The position numbers and the translations under genes are program-made. Positions 1 to 9,348 of a DNA stretch of 64,000 nt are shown one piece after another (the stretch's first letter is position 1; each line of letters opens with the position of its first letter). The notes beneath the pieces were generated by a model that searched no databases, was not told the origin of the DNA, and was given only the letters and a program-made list of their open reading frames with translations. Source of the stretch: Methylovulum miyakonense HT12 (GTDB lineage: Bacteria; Pseudomonadota; Gammaproteobacteria; Methylococcales; Methylomonadaceae); assembly GCF_000384075.1 (NCBI RefSeq), contig NZ_KB913025.1, forward strand, positions 2,744,450 to 2,808,449, given 5' to 3'.

Positions 1-3000
1 GTGAACGGGGTGAAGTCAGTCAGGCGGCCCAGTCCGTCATAGACATAGTTGTTGGCGTTGCTGACGGTGGTGTCGGTGAATCCCCCGTCGCCCAGTTGGG
101 TGACGTTGCCGATACGGTCATAGGCGAGCTTTTTGGTGCCGGTGTTGAGGGTGTAGCCGTCGATGCGCCCGTCGCTGTCATAATGGCGGCTGACGGCGGG
201 CGTGCCGGTGACGGTGCTGAGGGTGTAGCTTTTGACCCCGCCCCAGGGCTGGTAGGCGAAGGCGTCGAGCAGGGTGGTGAAAGTACCGGTTGGGCTTTGG
301 GCGTAGGCGAGCTGGCTGGGGCGTCCGGCAGGGTCATAACTGTAACCGACGGTGAAGCCGGAGGGGTAGGTCATCGTCGCCACGCGCCCGCTGATGGCAT
401 CATAGGTATAGCTGACGCTCAGGTTGCGGCTGGCCTGGGCGGTGCTGATGCTGTGGGTCTTGGTTTGTAGGCGGCCTTCGCCGTCGTATTGCCAGTCGGT
501 GCTGCCGCTGGGGTCGTCGACGTGGCTGAGTTGCCCGACGGCGTTTTTGGCAGGCGGGTTGGCGGTCAGGTCGGCGGTGTTCAGGTCATAGCGGTAGCTG
601 ATGGTGCTGTCCACGGTGGTGGCCTGGGCGGCACCGTTGGCATCGGCGAGGTAGGTGCTGTCCGTCAGCAACCTGTCCAAGGCGTCGTAAGTGTATTGGG
701 TCGTGGTGTTGCGGGCGTCAATGCGGGTCTTGAGGTTGCCGGCAGGGTCGAAGCCCGTGTTGTTGGTGACGCCGCGGTCTTGGCTGTTTTCCTGGCTTTG
801 GTTGCCGAGGCCGTTAGTGGTGAAGCCCGTGCCATTGGGGCGCGGGCTGGCGGTGCTGTTGGCGCGCGGGTCTTTGACTTGGGTGAGTTGCCCTAGGCCG
901 TCGTAGCCGTAGGTGGTCAAGTAACTCGTTACGCTATCTATAACGTTGGTCAACAAATCCATGCGATCCAACGCGTCGTAGCCGTTGAGGGTCTGTTGCT
1001 TGTTGGCGGCGGTGCCGTCGGGGTAGTCGGTGGTGGCGGTCAGGTTGCCGTTAGGGTCGTAGTTGTATTCGCTGACCAGTTGGTTGGCGGCGTTGAGCAG
1101 TTTCCACAACCGGCCCAGGTTGTCGAAGCGGCGGTTGACGCTGGTGTAGGTGATTTCGGATGCGCCGCTGCCGGTGACCGTGCGTTCTTTGGTGCGGTTG
1201 CCGAGGTTATCCAACACGTACTTGAGCTTTTCTCCGGCGGCGTTTTGGATGGTGTTGAGCCTATGCGCATCGTCATAGGTGTAGGTGGTGGTGCCCGTGG
1301 CGGGGCTGGTGACGGTGTTCAGCAAGGTGTTGGGGTAGTAGGCCAATTGGGTGCTGCGTCCCGCCGTGGTGACGGTCTGCAATTGCCCGCGCGGGGTGTA
1401 GGCCAGTTGGGTGACGACACCGTTGGCGGCGGTGATTTGGGTCGGGCGGCCGTGGGCGTCGTAGCTGTCGTAGGTGGTCACTTGCCCTAAGGCGTTGGTG
1501 GTGGTTTTCAGCATCCGGCGGTTGTTGACGTTGGTCTCCGTGTCGGTGTAATACCCGTATTGGCTCTTGTCCGACGCGTCGCTGACATTGTTGCGTGGGC
1601 CGTCAACCGACAGGGTTTGCCCGAAGGCGTTGTAGGTGTATAGCCATTTGCGGGTGCTGGCCGGGCTGGCGGCAAGGCCTAACGCTCCTGTGCCATCGTT
1701 GGTGGACTGGACGGTCTTGCTGCACAGCACGCCGTCGGCGACCGCGCCGTTTTTGCCGCATTGGGGGGCGTTGGCGTTGGTGCTGTCGCCCCACGCCCAG
1801 GTGGTCAGGCGTTCGGGTTCGGCCTTTTTTTCGGGGACACGGAAGCGGGGATGCCATTGGGTGGTGATTTTGCGTTCGGCGGTGTTGGCGGTGGGGGCTG
1901 AGCCTTGCACGTCGGTTGGGCATTGGCCGCCCGCCAACAGCGGGCTGCCTTTCGCGATGCCTTCGATGCGCACGGTTTCCAGGTTGCGGGCGGTGTCGTA
2001 GGCGTAGCAGGTGACATTGCCGTTGAAGTCGGTGCGCTGGATGATGTTGCCGTTGGTATCGTAGCGCAAGTTGCTGGCGGAAGTGGGGCAGCTGCTAGGA
2101 TTGGGCGTGGCGGCGGGTTGGCTTTGTGACGTGACCTTGGCAACACCTTGGATGATCTGGAAATTCATCGGTTGCCCTGGGTTGAGCAAGTTGCCTGAGG
2201 TGTCACGCAAGCCTTCCGAGATGGTGCTTGATGTGCCGCTGGTGTAGGCAATGTCAACCCGGTCGATGTTTTTGCTGACATCGCCGTGTTGCGAAGAAAC
2301 GGCGAGGCCTTGGGTGTCGTAGCTCCAAGTGGCGTAACGTTGGCCGTTTTCGTCGATGATGCCGGTCAGGGCATTATGGATGCCGACGACAGGATTAGAA
2401 AAAGCGGCAGGGACGTAACTGGGGTTGTTGTATTCGTAAGTGCGTATGACAGGATTTGTAGGGGTACTTTCAGGGTAAACCACGGTGGTGAGGTTGCCAT
2501 AAGCCTCCAAGGTGTTACCGTCCTTATCTAAGTCGTATTGGTATTGATAAACGCTTCCGCCAGGGACGGTCATTTGCGCCATGCGTAGTTTTTCGTCGTA
2601 CAGAAAAGTCAGCGTATGGTGGGTGATTTGGTCGGTGACGCTAAGGAGCTTGCCACTGACGGCAACGAGCGGTGCCGGAGCTTGCGCGGCGGCGGTATAG
2701 AGGGAGGACAAGGGCGTGTCTTTGGTGCTGTAGTCCAAGACTAGGTTGACACTGCCGCTACGGTTTTTCAGAGCCTGAAGTTTTCCGTCAGTCCTGTAGG
2801 TTTCAGCGTTGTCGTTGCGGTCGGTCAGCTTCCAGCCACTGAACACGTTGTTGGAATCCTTGAGGTATTCTAGCCTGTCGGTGATGTCGGGGTCGGGTGT
2901 CCACTTGTCGGTGGCTTGGCTGTATTTGAAAACCAGTCGCCTGCCGTCATACTTGGCAACCATCGCAGTTTGTCCATCCACAGGCGGAGTGATTTCCCAA

Positions 3001-3698
3001 GTTGACGAAGTAATGGAGCGGTCATAGTAATGCCGCCATTGTGCGCCAAGATTATTGCTGGTGTTGGCTACCCCGGCATGGCTGTGATAAGTCCGTTCAA
3101 ACCGCAAGCTATTGCTGTCTTCGTAATCCTTCTCTATCTGGACTTTGTCGCCGAGACTGGTGTTAATGGGGTTGCCTTTAAATGGGCTACCAGAGCAAAG
3201 TTCAGGCGGCGGGGTTTTGGTCGGCTGAGGTGCGGTAGTGGGTTGGAGAGGACAATAGTAGTCAGTGGGGCTATTTGGAGGGAGCTGTGGATTACCAGCA
3301 AATATGAAAATGGCACTGATACTAGGAAACACCGATCGAAAGCAAAAAGGACGTTCAACGACGGCTCCAAAGTCAGTATGAATATCGTTACTGCCATTTA
3401 TACAATTCCAAGTTCTAAGATTCCCACGATAAACCTGATTAGAAGCATCAAAATTTTTTGGAAAATACCCTACCAATATTGGGAAGCCTGGAGGTGGGTA
3501 GTTAATGTAGTAACCTGGACAGCCCTCGCTTGGAGTTGAAACGTAGCCTTTTGTTTGTCCGCTATAAAGTAAACGAATAGCTGGTTCATATTCTGTTGCT
3601 ATTGTTCGGGTCGGCATTAACAGGATAGTTATAAACAGTAAAAAGATTGCTTTGATGCAAGACACTTTGAAATACCCCAAAAAACTGTCATGTTTCAT
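1..3698 (-). CDS. Rhs/YD-repeat protein, N-terminal ~1230 aa (partial; continues beyond window start). Sec-type signal (MKHDSFLGYFKVSCIKAIFLLFITILLMPTRTIA), then dozens of YD repeats.
   Basis: Reverse-complement translation from ATG at 3698 gives one uninterrupted frame to position 1. It carries recurrent YD-repeat motifs (YDALDR, YGYDGLGQLTQV, YTYDALDRLL, YDGEGRLQTKT, YSYDPAGRP, YDRIGNVTQL). The plus-strand ORFs in the track here are short antisense artefacts. The ORF is not in the track because it has no stop inside the window. Confidence 0.8.
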   Translation of the reverse strand, partial: MKHDSFLGYFKVSCIKAIFLLFITILLMPTRTIATEYEPAIRLLYSGQTKGYVSTPSEGCPGYYINYPPPGFPILVGYFPKNFDASNQVYRGNLRTWNCINGSNDIHTDFGAVVERPFCFRSVFPSISAIFIFAGNPQLPPNSPTDYYCPLQPTTAPQPTKTPPPELCSGSPFKGNPINTSLGDKVQIEKDYEDSNSLRFERTYHSHAGVANTSNNLGAQWRHYYDRSITSSTWEITPPVDGQTAMVAKYDGRRLVFKYSQATDKWTPDPDITDRLEYLKDSNNVFSGWKLTDRNDNAETYRTDGKLQALKNRSGSVNLVLDYSTKDTPLSSLYTAAAQAPAPLVAVSGKLLSVTDQITHHTLTFLYDEKLRMAQMTVPGGSVYQYQYDLDKDGNTLEAYGNLTTVVYPESTPTNPVIRTYEYNNPSYVPAAFSNPVVGIHNALTGIIDENGQRYATWSYDTQGLAVSSQHGDVSKNIDRVDIAYTSGTSSTISEGLRDTSGNLLNPGQPMNFQIIQGVAKVTSQSQPAATPNPSSCPTSASNLRYDTNGNIIQRTDFNGNVTCYAYDTARNLETVRIEGIAKGSPLLAGGQCPTDVQGSAPTANTAERKITTQWHPRFRVPEKKAEPERLTTWAWGDSTNANAPQCGKNGAVADGVLCSKTVQSTNDGTGALGLAASPASTRKWLYTYNAFGQTLSVDGPRNNVSDASDKSQYGYYTDTETNVNNRRMLKTTTNALGQVTTYDSYDAHGRPTQITAANGVVTQLAYTPRGQLQTVTTAGRSTQLAYYPNTLLNTVTSPATGTTTYTYDDAHRLNTIQNAAGEKLKYVLDNLGNRTKERTVTGSGASEITYTSVNRRFDNLGRLWKLLNAANQLVSEYNYDPNGNLTATTDYPDGTAANKQQTLNGYDALDRMDLLTNVIDSVTSYLTTYGYDGLGQLTQVKDPRANSTASPRPNGTGFTTNGLGNQSQENSQDRGVTNNTGFDPAGNLKTRIDARNTTTQYTYDALDRLLTDSTYLADANGAAQATTVDSTISYRYDLNTADLTANPPAKNAVGQLSHVDDPSGSTDWQYDGEGRLQTKTHSISTAQASRNLSVSYTYDAISGRVATMTYPSGFTVGYSYDPAGRPSQLAYAQSPTGTFTTLLDAFAYQPWGGVKSYTLSTVTGTPAVSRHYDSDGRIDGYTLNTGTKKLAYDRIGNVTQLGDGGFTDTTVSNANNYVYDGLGRLTDFTPF

Positions 3699-3850
3699 TA
3701 AAATAACTGGCCTTTTTACTTTTAAAGGTGCACCTTGCATCAGAATTACTCCTAAAGGATTTGGCTAAAAATAACTTTCCAAAATCTGCCATGTCGGGAC
3801 GGCCTCCCAATGAACGGCTCCAGCTTACTTGATCTTTTTTGATTCATTTC

Positions 3851-4006
3851 AGCGAGGTAGCCCGTATGCAGCGATAGCGAAATACGGGGTCTCGAAACCG
3901 CACAATTCCCAATTTCAAACACCCATACCGAATGAACTTGATTAAATACGGCATGGGCGGAGTTGAAAAATCCCGTAATCCGCTTTGCTCCTTACGGGCT
4001 ACTCGC
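3851..4006. repeat. Copy A of a ~155-nt structured direct repeat. It has terminal inverted repeats (agcgagg-tagccc ... gggcta-ctcgct) and two internal 7-bp hairpins (cccgtat/atacggg and cccgtaa/ttacggg).
   Basis: ~90% identical to copy B at 4491-4643. It is non-coding (only short overlapping ORFs) and its termini are complementary. Confidence 0.7.
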
Positions 4007-4036
4007 TAAAAATAACTTTCCGAAATCAGCCATGTA
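4007..4036. repeat. 30-nt motif ctaaaaataactttccgaaatcagccatgt. It is duplicated at 3773-3802 (ctaaaaataactttccaaaatctgccatgt) and flanks copy A on both sides.
   Basis: Near-identical 30-mers seen directly. This suggests the repeat unit is larger or composite. Confidence 0.6.
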
Positions 4037-4490
4037 GCTCGTTGGGGTGACATTAGGAACCCCAAGGATTGATGCCCGCCCAATGCGTTGGAGTTGGTAC
4101 CTCACCTACGGGCTTTGCTGGGGCGAATGCCCCGTCCGACAGGAAAATCCGATACGCTGTCCGAGCTTTGAAGGCGGGAGTGAGTGGCGTTGTTGCCGCC
4201 CAACGCCTTGCCTGCTACCAGCAAAAGCCCTGGCCGGAAAACAAAATTGTCCGGAAGTATAGGTGAATGTTACCGCCGGAAATATTAACTATTACCTAGT
4301 TTGAAGCGGGATACTTCACACCTTCCGCCAAACGACTTTTACTTGATTGATATTAAAAGGGAAAATATCCAGACATTTTAGGCTTGCACGTAATTCCCCA
4401 CATAAAAACTCCGGTGGGGCGGCCATTTTCTGGGCGATTTGGGTAGCGGGCGGCGACAGTTCTGATCCCCGCTATCGGCCCCGTCATTAA

Positions 4491-4643
4491 AGCGAGGCAG
4501 CCCGTATGCAGCGATAGCGAAATACGGGGTCTCGAAACCGCACAATTCCCCATTTCAAACACCCGTACCGAATCCACTCGATTAAATACGGCATGGCGGA
4601 ATTGGAAAAACCCGTAATCCGCTTCGCTCCTTACGGGCTACTC
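4491..4643. repeat. Copy B of the ~155-nt structured repeat.
   Basis: Direct alignment to 3851-4006 with few substitutions. Both hairpins and the terminal complementarity are preserved. Confidence 0.7.
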
Positions 4644-4899
4644 CTCTGCCCTCTGCTCCCTGATTAATTAAAATGGGGGGCTTTTAAAAACAGGACGTTT
4701 AATGTGTCTTGAGCCATTATCATATCCCTTAAAATACACTATTATATTCAGGGTGGAGGATGTCCGATTGGGGTAAAAAGCACATTTACCGATGGGTTAA
4801 GTCCCGGATATTTAAATGTGGATCGGATGAGTCCAATTTAACCAAAGATGCGCAAAAACGCTAACTTGAAACCTATCAATACGGGATCACCTTAATAAA

Positions 4900-5928
4900 A
4901 TGAACCGATTAATGATGCGGATTTGGCTTGTACTGGCGGTTGCCTTGGTGATGGATGGTTGTAGCAACACTACGCCTACCGCCAAGCCTGATAATGTCCA
5001 AGCCTATAGGGTCGCCCCGCCTCGGACGGCCACGGCGCAAAATTTCTATAGGCCTACAGTCCGCTCCGGGGTATTCCACAAACCTGGCGAACTGGCTCCT
5101 GCAGTGGAATTCTGGCGCAAAACCTATGTGGAGTGGCGCCGCTCGGAAGTCGCATTTCATGATGACCGCTATCTGGATGTGGTCTACGAAGTGATGGTGT
5201 TGCCTGGCGATGTCGGAGAAAGCCTGACCCGGGAACAAAAAAATATGGTCAGGCAGCGCCGGGATTTTTGGAAAGCCCAATTGGCTGTCCTAGAGGGCAA
5301 ATTGCGTTACAACGCGCCGTTAACGGTTAATGACAAGCAAATGATTGCTAAATTGAAGAGTAACGGCAGGCAACTTAACAGCGTCCTGTACGGTGCCGCC
5401 GAACGGGTGCGCGCGCAACGCGGTACCCGCGAACGGTTCATGAAAGGGTTGGAGATCAGCCGCCGCTATGACCGGCAATTTAGAAAAATCTTCCGCGATG
5501 CAGGCTTGCCGGAAGATTTGGCCTTGTTGCCGCACGTCGAATCTTCGTTCCAACCGTCAGCAAGATCCTCCGCTGGGGCGGTCGGCATGTGGCAATTCAC
5601 CAAAGGTGCGGCGAAGACCTTCATGCCTGGCGGGAGGGTGGATTTGTGCCTGGATCCCGTTGCTTCAGCCAAAGGCGCGGCAAGTTACCTGAGTTATGCC
5701 TACGGCAAGTTGGGTGACTGGCCTACGGCAATCACTTCCTACAACCATGGTATCGGCGGTATGAGGCGGGCACAAACCCAAGTTGGCCGTGATTTTGTCC
5801 GTATCGTCAAAACCTATCAGAGCCCGGCGTTCGGCTTTGCTTCCCGCAACTATTACGCCCAATTTCTGGCGGCACGCGAAATAGCCGGCAACCCGATGCA
5901 GTATTCCAGTAATATGTCCGGCCAGTGA
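4900..5928 (+). CDS. Lytic transglycosylase (SLT domain) lipoprotein-like protein.
   Basis: N-terminal signal with Cys (LVMDGCS). SLT catalytic motif ESSF...SSAGAVGMWQF...SYNHGIGG, as in the family-1 lytic murein transglycosylase fold. Confidence 0.6.
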   Translation: MNRLMMRIWLVLAVALVMDGCSNTTPTAKPDNVQAYRVAPPRTATAQNFYRPTVRSGVFHKPGELAPAVEFWRKTYVEWRRSEVAFHDDRYLDVVYEVMVLPGDVGESLTREQKNMVRQRRDFWKAQLAVLEGKLRYNAPLTVNDKQMIAKLKSNGRQLNSVLYGAAERVRAQRGTRERFMKGLEISRRYDRQFRKIFRDAGLPEDLALLPHVESSFQPSARSSAGAVGMWQFTKGAAKTFMPGGRVDLCLDPVASAKGAASYLSYAYGKLGDWPTAITSYNHGIGGMRRAQTQVGRDFVRIVKTYQSPAFGFASRNYYAQFLAAREIAGNPMQYSSNMSGQ

Positions 5929-6003
5929 TGCCGTTTATCCTGCTGGCCGGTTAACGAAGCCGGGCTTGGCGTTTAGGGCTTGACTAAATTACGGCCCTTG
6001 CCG

Positions 6004-8025
6004 TTACAAGAAAAAAGTATCCGCCGAAATCGCCCCTAGTGGCGGCAATGCGGTATTGATGCCTAGGGAAATGACCAAATCCGTATTGGCTTGGAATCCG
6101 GCGGTATCGTCATTGACAATCAGGTAAGAAATCCCGCCGAAAGTTTGGACAATCGCCGCGCTATTGATTTCTAACGCTTGGTTTCCGGCAAGTTTGCCAT
6201 TGGCGTCAATGAATATGTTATCAACATCGGCTTTGTCCAAACCAAACGCGTCAATGTCTTTGGCGCGGGTAAAGTGGTCTGGCTGTCCGATTGCAGCGCC
6301 CGTTTTGGATAGCAAGTCGATTTTGTCGCCATTTACACCGAAAATGTCAATTTGGTCAGGGTTCGCCAGTAAAGATTCGCCAAACTGGAAGACGTAAATG
6401 TCATTGTTGTCGAATTGCGAAGCAAAAAAATCTTGCCCCGCACCCCCATTTAAGATGTCTTTACCGTTTAATCCACCATAAATTTCGTCATTACCGCTGC
6501 CACCATAGATAATGTCATTCCCGGCATTGCCATCACTATCTCCGTAGATAAAATCATTGCCACTGCCGCCATACAGGGTGTCATCACCGGAAAAGCCGTA
6601 AATGATGTCATCCCCTCCAGCACCATTGATGATATTGTTTAAGCCATTACCTGTGATGGTGTTGGCTAGGCTGTTTCCGGTGCCTTGGATGCCATTGTCT
6701 ATCAGGATCAGGTTTTCCAGATTGGCGCTTAAGGTATATTTGCTGGCTGACGATTTGACCAGTTCATGGTCGCTTAAAGAGGTTTCGATGATGACGTCAA
6801 AAGTCCGGTCAACAAGGTAAGTGTCATCGCCTGTGCCACCGTTAAGGGTATCCACGCCTTTGCCACCATTTAGGACATCACTGCCAGCATAGCCAGTCAG
6901 AATATTATTAGCGTCGTTACCCACTAATATATTATTTTGCGCATTGCCTGTACCGTTGATGGTAGCGGTACCTAACAAGGTCAGATTTTCAAGTAAACTT
7001 CCTAAAGTAAAGCTGACATAGGAATTCACTTGGTCATAACCCGTGCCTTCTATGATTTTATCGCCTAAATTGTCGACCACATAGACATCGCCACCATTTC
7101 CTCCGTTTAAAATGTCTTGGCCTGTGCCGCCATCAAGGTAATCAAAGCCTTCACCACCAATCAGACGGTCATTTTTGCTGCCGCCCAAGAGCGTGTCATC
7201 ATCAAGGCCACCATCCAACACCACCGAACCTAAGGTAAATTTGGACGCGTCCAACAGGTTCTCGCCGTTGCCTCCAGTCAATTGCGCTTGCTCAATGCCG
7301 ACCAGCACATCCACGCCATTCGCGATCAAGCGGTCATTGCTGAGGATGAATTCCCATAAATCCCCTGAATCGACAACTTTATCAAGCCCGCTACCACCAT
7401 TGAGAAGGTCGCTATTGTCGCCACCATACAAAACATCATTGCCGGCTCCGCCATAAATCGCATCATCGCCGCCGTTACCTTTCAGGGTGTCATTGCCTGC
7501 GTTACCGTAAAGGGTGTTTTCTTCGTTGCCACCTACGAGGGTATCGTTATTGTCTGTGCCAGTAATGACCTTGCCGGGCTGGCTAGGGGAGGGGATGGAA
7601 ATCCGTAAATTGTACAAGCCTGTGGCATTGGCAAAATCCCTTTCCGCACCTGCAACGCCGAATACATAAGTGCCCGCTTTCAAAGAAGTGAGTTCTAGTC
7701 GGTAGCTATATGGGTAGTTATTGAGCTGTGCGCTGACTTGAATTTCGGTGTAACTGTCGTTGGCGGCATCGTAGCTATAGAGGCGCATTTGATAAAACGC
7801 CTGGATTGCCACGACATCGGGCGAAGATAATTCGATATAACTGTTAAGCGGTGCGGGTTTGTCTAGTTCAAAACGATAAAAATCAATTTTGTCGTTAGAC
7901 GTTATGTCGCTCAGGTAGCTGATTGTACCAGCCGCTATGTTTGTCCCTTTTATCTTGCCTAAATCGTTTGCTAAAAGGAAGGTGTTGTTATTTTCTACAT
8001 CAATAATGCCTAAATTGTTTGCCAT
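6004..8025 (-). CDS. RTX-type calcium-binding repeat protein. It has an N-terminal PPC-like domain and is a likely type I secretion substrate.
   Basis: Many GGxGxDxL/I nonapeptide repeats (GNAGNDTLKGNGGDDAIYGGAGNDVLYGGDNSD...). The N-terminal part has a DKIDFYRF...G pattern resembling the pre-peptidase C-terminal domain. There is no N-terminal signal peptide. Confidence 0.7.
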   Translation of the reverse strand: MANNLGIIDVENNNTFLLANDLGKIKGTNIAAGTISYLSDITSNDKIDFYRFELDKPAPLNSYIELSSPDVVAIQAFYQMRLYSYDAANDSYTEIQVSAQLNNYPYSYRLELTSLKAGTYVFGVAGAERDFANATGLYNLRISIPSPSQPGKVITGTDNNDTLVGGNEENTLYGNAGNDTLKGNGGDDAIYGGAGNDVLYGGDNSDLLNGGSGLDKVVDSGDLWEFILSNDRLIANGVDVLVGIEQAQLTGGNGENLLDASKFTLGSVVLDGGLDDDTLLGGSKNDRLIGGEGFDYLDGGTGQDILNGGNGGDVYVVDNLGDKIIEGTGYDQVNSYVSFTLGSLLENLTLLGTATINGTGNAQNNILVGNDANNILTGYAGSDVLNGGKGVDTLNGGTGDDTYLVDRTFDVIIETSLSDHELVKSSASKYTLSANLENLILIDNGIQGTGNSLANTITGNGLNNIINGAGGDDIIYGFSGDDTLYGGSGNDFIYGDSDGNAGNDIIYGGSGNDEIYGGLNGKDILNGGAGQDFFASQFDNNDIYVFQFGESLLANPDQIDIFGVNGDKIDLLSKTGAAIGQPDHFTRAKDIDAFGLDKADVDNIFIDANGKLAGNQALEINSAAIVQTFGGISYLIVNDDTAGFQANTDLVISLGINTALPPLGAISADTFFL

Positions 8026-8096
8026 GATGGTTGCCCTATAAAAGATTGAAAAAGAAACCAGTCTAATGGGGGGATGTATACCAATTCACTAAGTAA

Positions 8097-8939
8097 TTAC
8101 ACAAAAGTAACCCGGTATTCATCGCCGAATTTTGAAAGGATGTCCAATACGGCCTGTTTCAATGTCCCGTAACTGGCATAGCACGATAGGGGCAGCCATT
8201 CATACTTGATCTTGCGCCAGACGATTTCGATCAGGTTAAGCTCAGGGCTATAGGGCGGCAGATAATGCAACACGACACCTTGCGCCATCCAGTCGTCGCG
8301 GCGTGCCAAAAAGGCACGGCTGGTGTGCATGGAAGCGTTGTCAATAATGACGACGCACGGTTTTTTATGGACGGCGTAGCCGTCGCCATAGTGTGCGGCA
8401 AACAGGTCGAAGGCCCCGGCCACCTGTTCTGTTTTGACGCGCCCTTCAACGGTGTGGAAAAAAGACCGGCTGTCCCGGGAAACAAACCCCAGGACATTGA
8501 GGCGCTGGCTATGGAAACAGGGGATTTCCAACGTCCGGCCTTTGGGTTGCCAGGCGTAAGGCACGGAGGACGCGGTGCTGAAGCCTGACTCGTCAAAATA
8601 GTACAGGCTGATTTTGTCTTCATCGGCCCATTGTTTCATGACGGTTTGGATGGCTTTGGCCTTGGCAAAGCCATTGGCACAACGCCTTCCTTTTACGGAG
8701 CGCCTGCACCGCCGCCATGAATAACCGGTTTTTTTAAAATGCGCCTTAACGTCCCGGTCGCCGACTTTTTCCGGGTCCGGGCCTCCAGAAGGGCTTGGGC
8801 CTGCTTGATTTGGCGCGGTTCTTCGTCCAATTGTGCCCGGAACAGTGCGATTTCTTCCGGCGTGTAAATCGGTGGCCGCCCGGAGCGCGGCAAATCCCCA
8901 AGCCCGCCGACGCCTTGCGCGTTGAAGCGGTCGATCCAC
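8097..8939 (-). CDS. IS630-family transposase orfB (DDE catalytic domain), expressed by -1 frameshift from orfA.
   Basis: DESGF...VIIDNASMHTS...PPYSPELNLIE motifs of the Tc1/IS630 DDE domain. The reading frame is -1 relative to orfA at the A7 run. Confidence 0.7.
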   Translation of the reverse strand: MDRPLQRARRRRAWGFAALRAATDLHAGRNRTVPGTIGRRTAPNQAGPSPSGGPDPEKVGDRDVKAHFKKTGYSWRRCRRSVKGRRCANGFAKAKAIQTVMKQWADEDKISLYYFDESGFSTASSVPYAWQPKGRTLEIPCFHSQRLNVLGFVSRDSRSFFHTVEGRVKTEQVAGAFDLFAAHYGDGYAVHKKPCVVIIDNASMHTSRAFLARRDDWMAQGVVLHYLPPYSPELNLIEIVWRKIKYEWLPLSCYASYGTLKQAVLDILSKFGDEYRVTFV

Positions 8940-9124
8940 TGGCTGATAGGGTCACGGTCAACCTGGAAAATGGCTTGTAGCTGGTTTATCGTATGCCCGC
9001 TGCCGCTCAGCAACAAGGCGTGGGCGCGTCTTCGCACCTTAAAGTTTGGGTGGGTCTTGTAAAGCGCATCCAACTCTTGCTTGTCTGTGTCGCTGAGTGG
9101 CCGGACAAATTTTAAACGTGGCAT
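8693..9124 (-). CDS. IS630-family transposase orfA (HTH/winged-helix, RSGRPP motif).
   Basis: 143 aa ending ...RILKKPVIH over the A7 run. Typical IS630 N-terminal DNA-binding part. Confidence 0.7.
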   Translation of the reverse strand: MPRLKFVRPLSDTDKQELDALYKTHPNFKVRRRAHALLLSGSGHTINQLQAIFQVDRDPISQWIDRFNAQGVGGLGDLPRSGRPPIYTPEEIALFRAQLDEEPRQIKQAQALLEARTRKKSATGTLRRILKKPVIHGGGAGAP

Positions 9125-9348
9125 GGGGGCGGTGGCTCAAAAAGCTTATATTTTATACCATAAAACTTATGTCAAATTACTTACAACGCATATCGGGGCA
9201 TAACGGAGGAAGCCATTGAGGTGTAGTGCTTAAGGAATTGCTCCTGTTTAAACTGTGAAATTGCTTGGCTGAGCAATTCGCTAGTATATTAAAATCAATG
9301 CCTAAGGGCTGTGATTTATTACCGGAACACGCTGATTATTGAGTTTGC

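Larger units (their letters stand above)
8086..9188 (-). mobile_element. IS630/Tc1-mariner family insertion sequence (~1.1 kb). Imperfect TIRs contain taagtaatt.
   Basis: Two overlapping transposase ORFs (HTH orfA and DDE orfB) in the -1 arrangement with an A7 slippery run (plus-strand T7 at ~8723-8729). Imperfect inverted termini at ~8088 and ~9180. Boundaries approximate. Confidence 0.65.

Noticed and set aside
96-2146. Several 70-160-aa plus-strand and off-frame minus-strand ORFs in the first 3.6 kb
   Set aside because: They are antisense or out-of-frame shadows of the long minus-strand Rhs reading frame. They have low-complexity G/A/V-rich or P/S/T-rich translations.
4047-4577. 65-74-aa ORFs in the repeat zone
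   Set aside because: They overlap each other and the repeats. They have no RBS and no coding-like composition.
3851-4643. Possibility that the 155-nt repeats are a CRISPR array or integron attC sites
   Set aside because: The units are far longer than CRISPR repeats and the spacer between them is 480 bp. The termini lack the GTTRRRY/RYYYAAC core of attC.
8231-8623. 130-aa and 107-aa ORFs inside the IS630 element
   Set aside because: They are antisense or overlapping shadows of the transposase frames.
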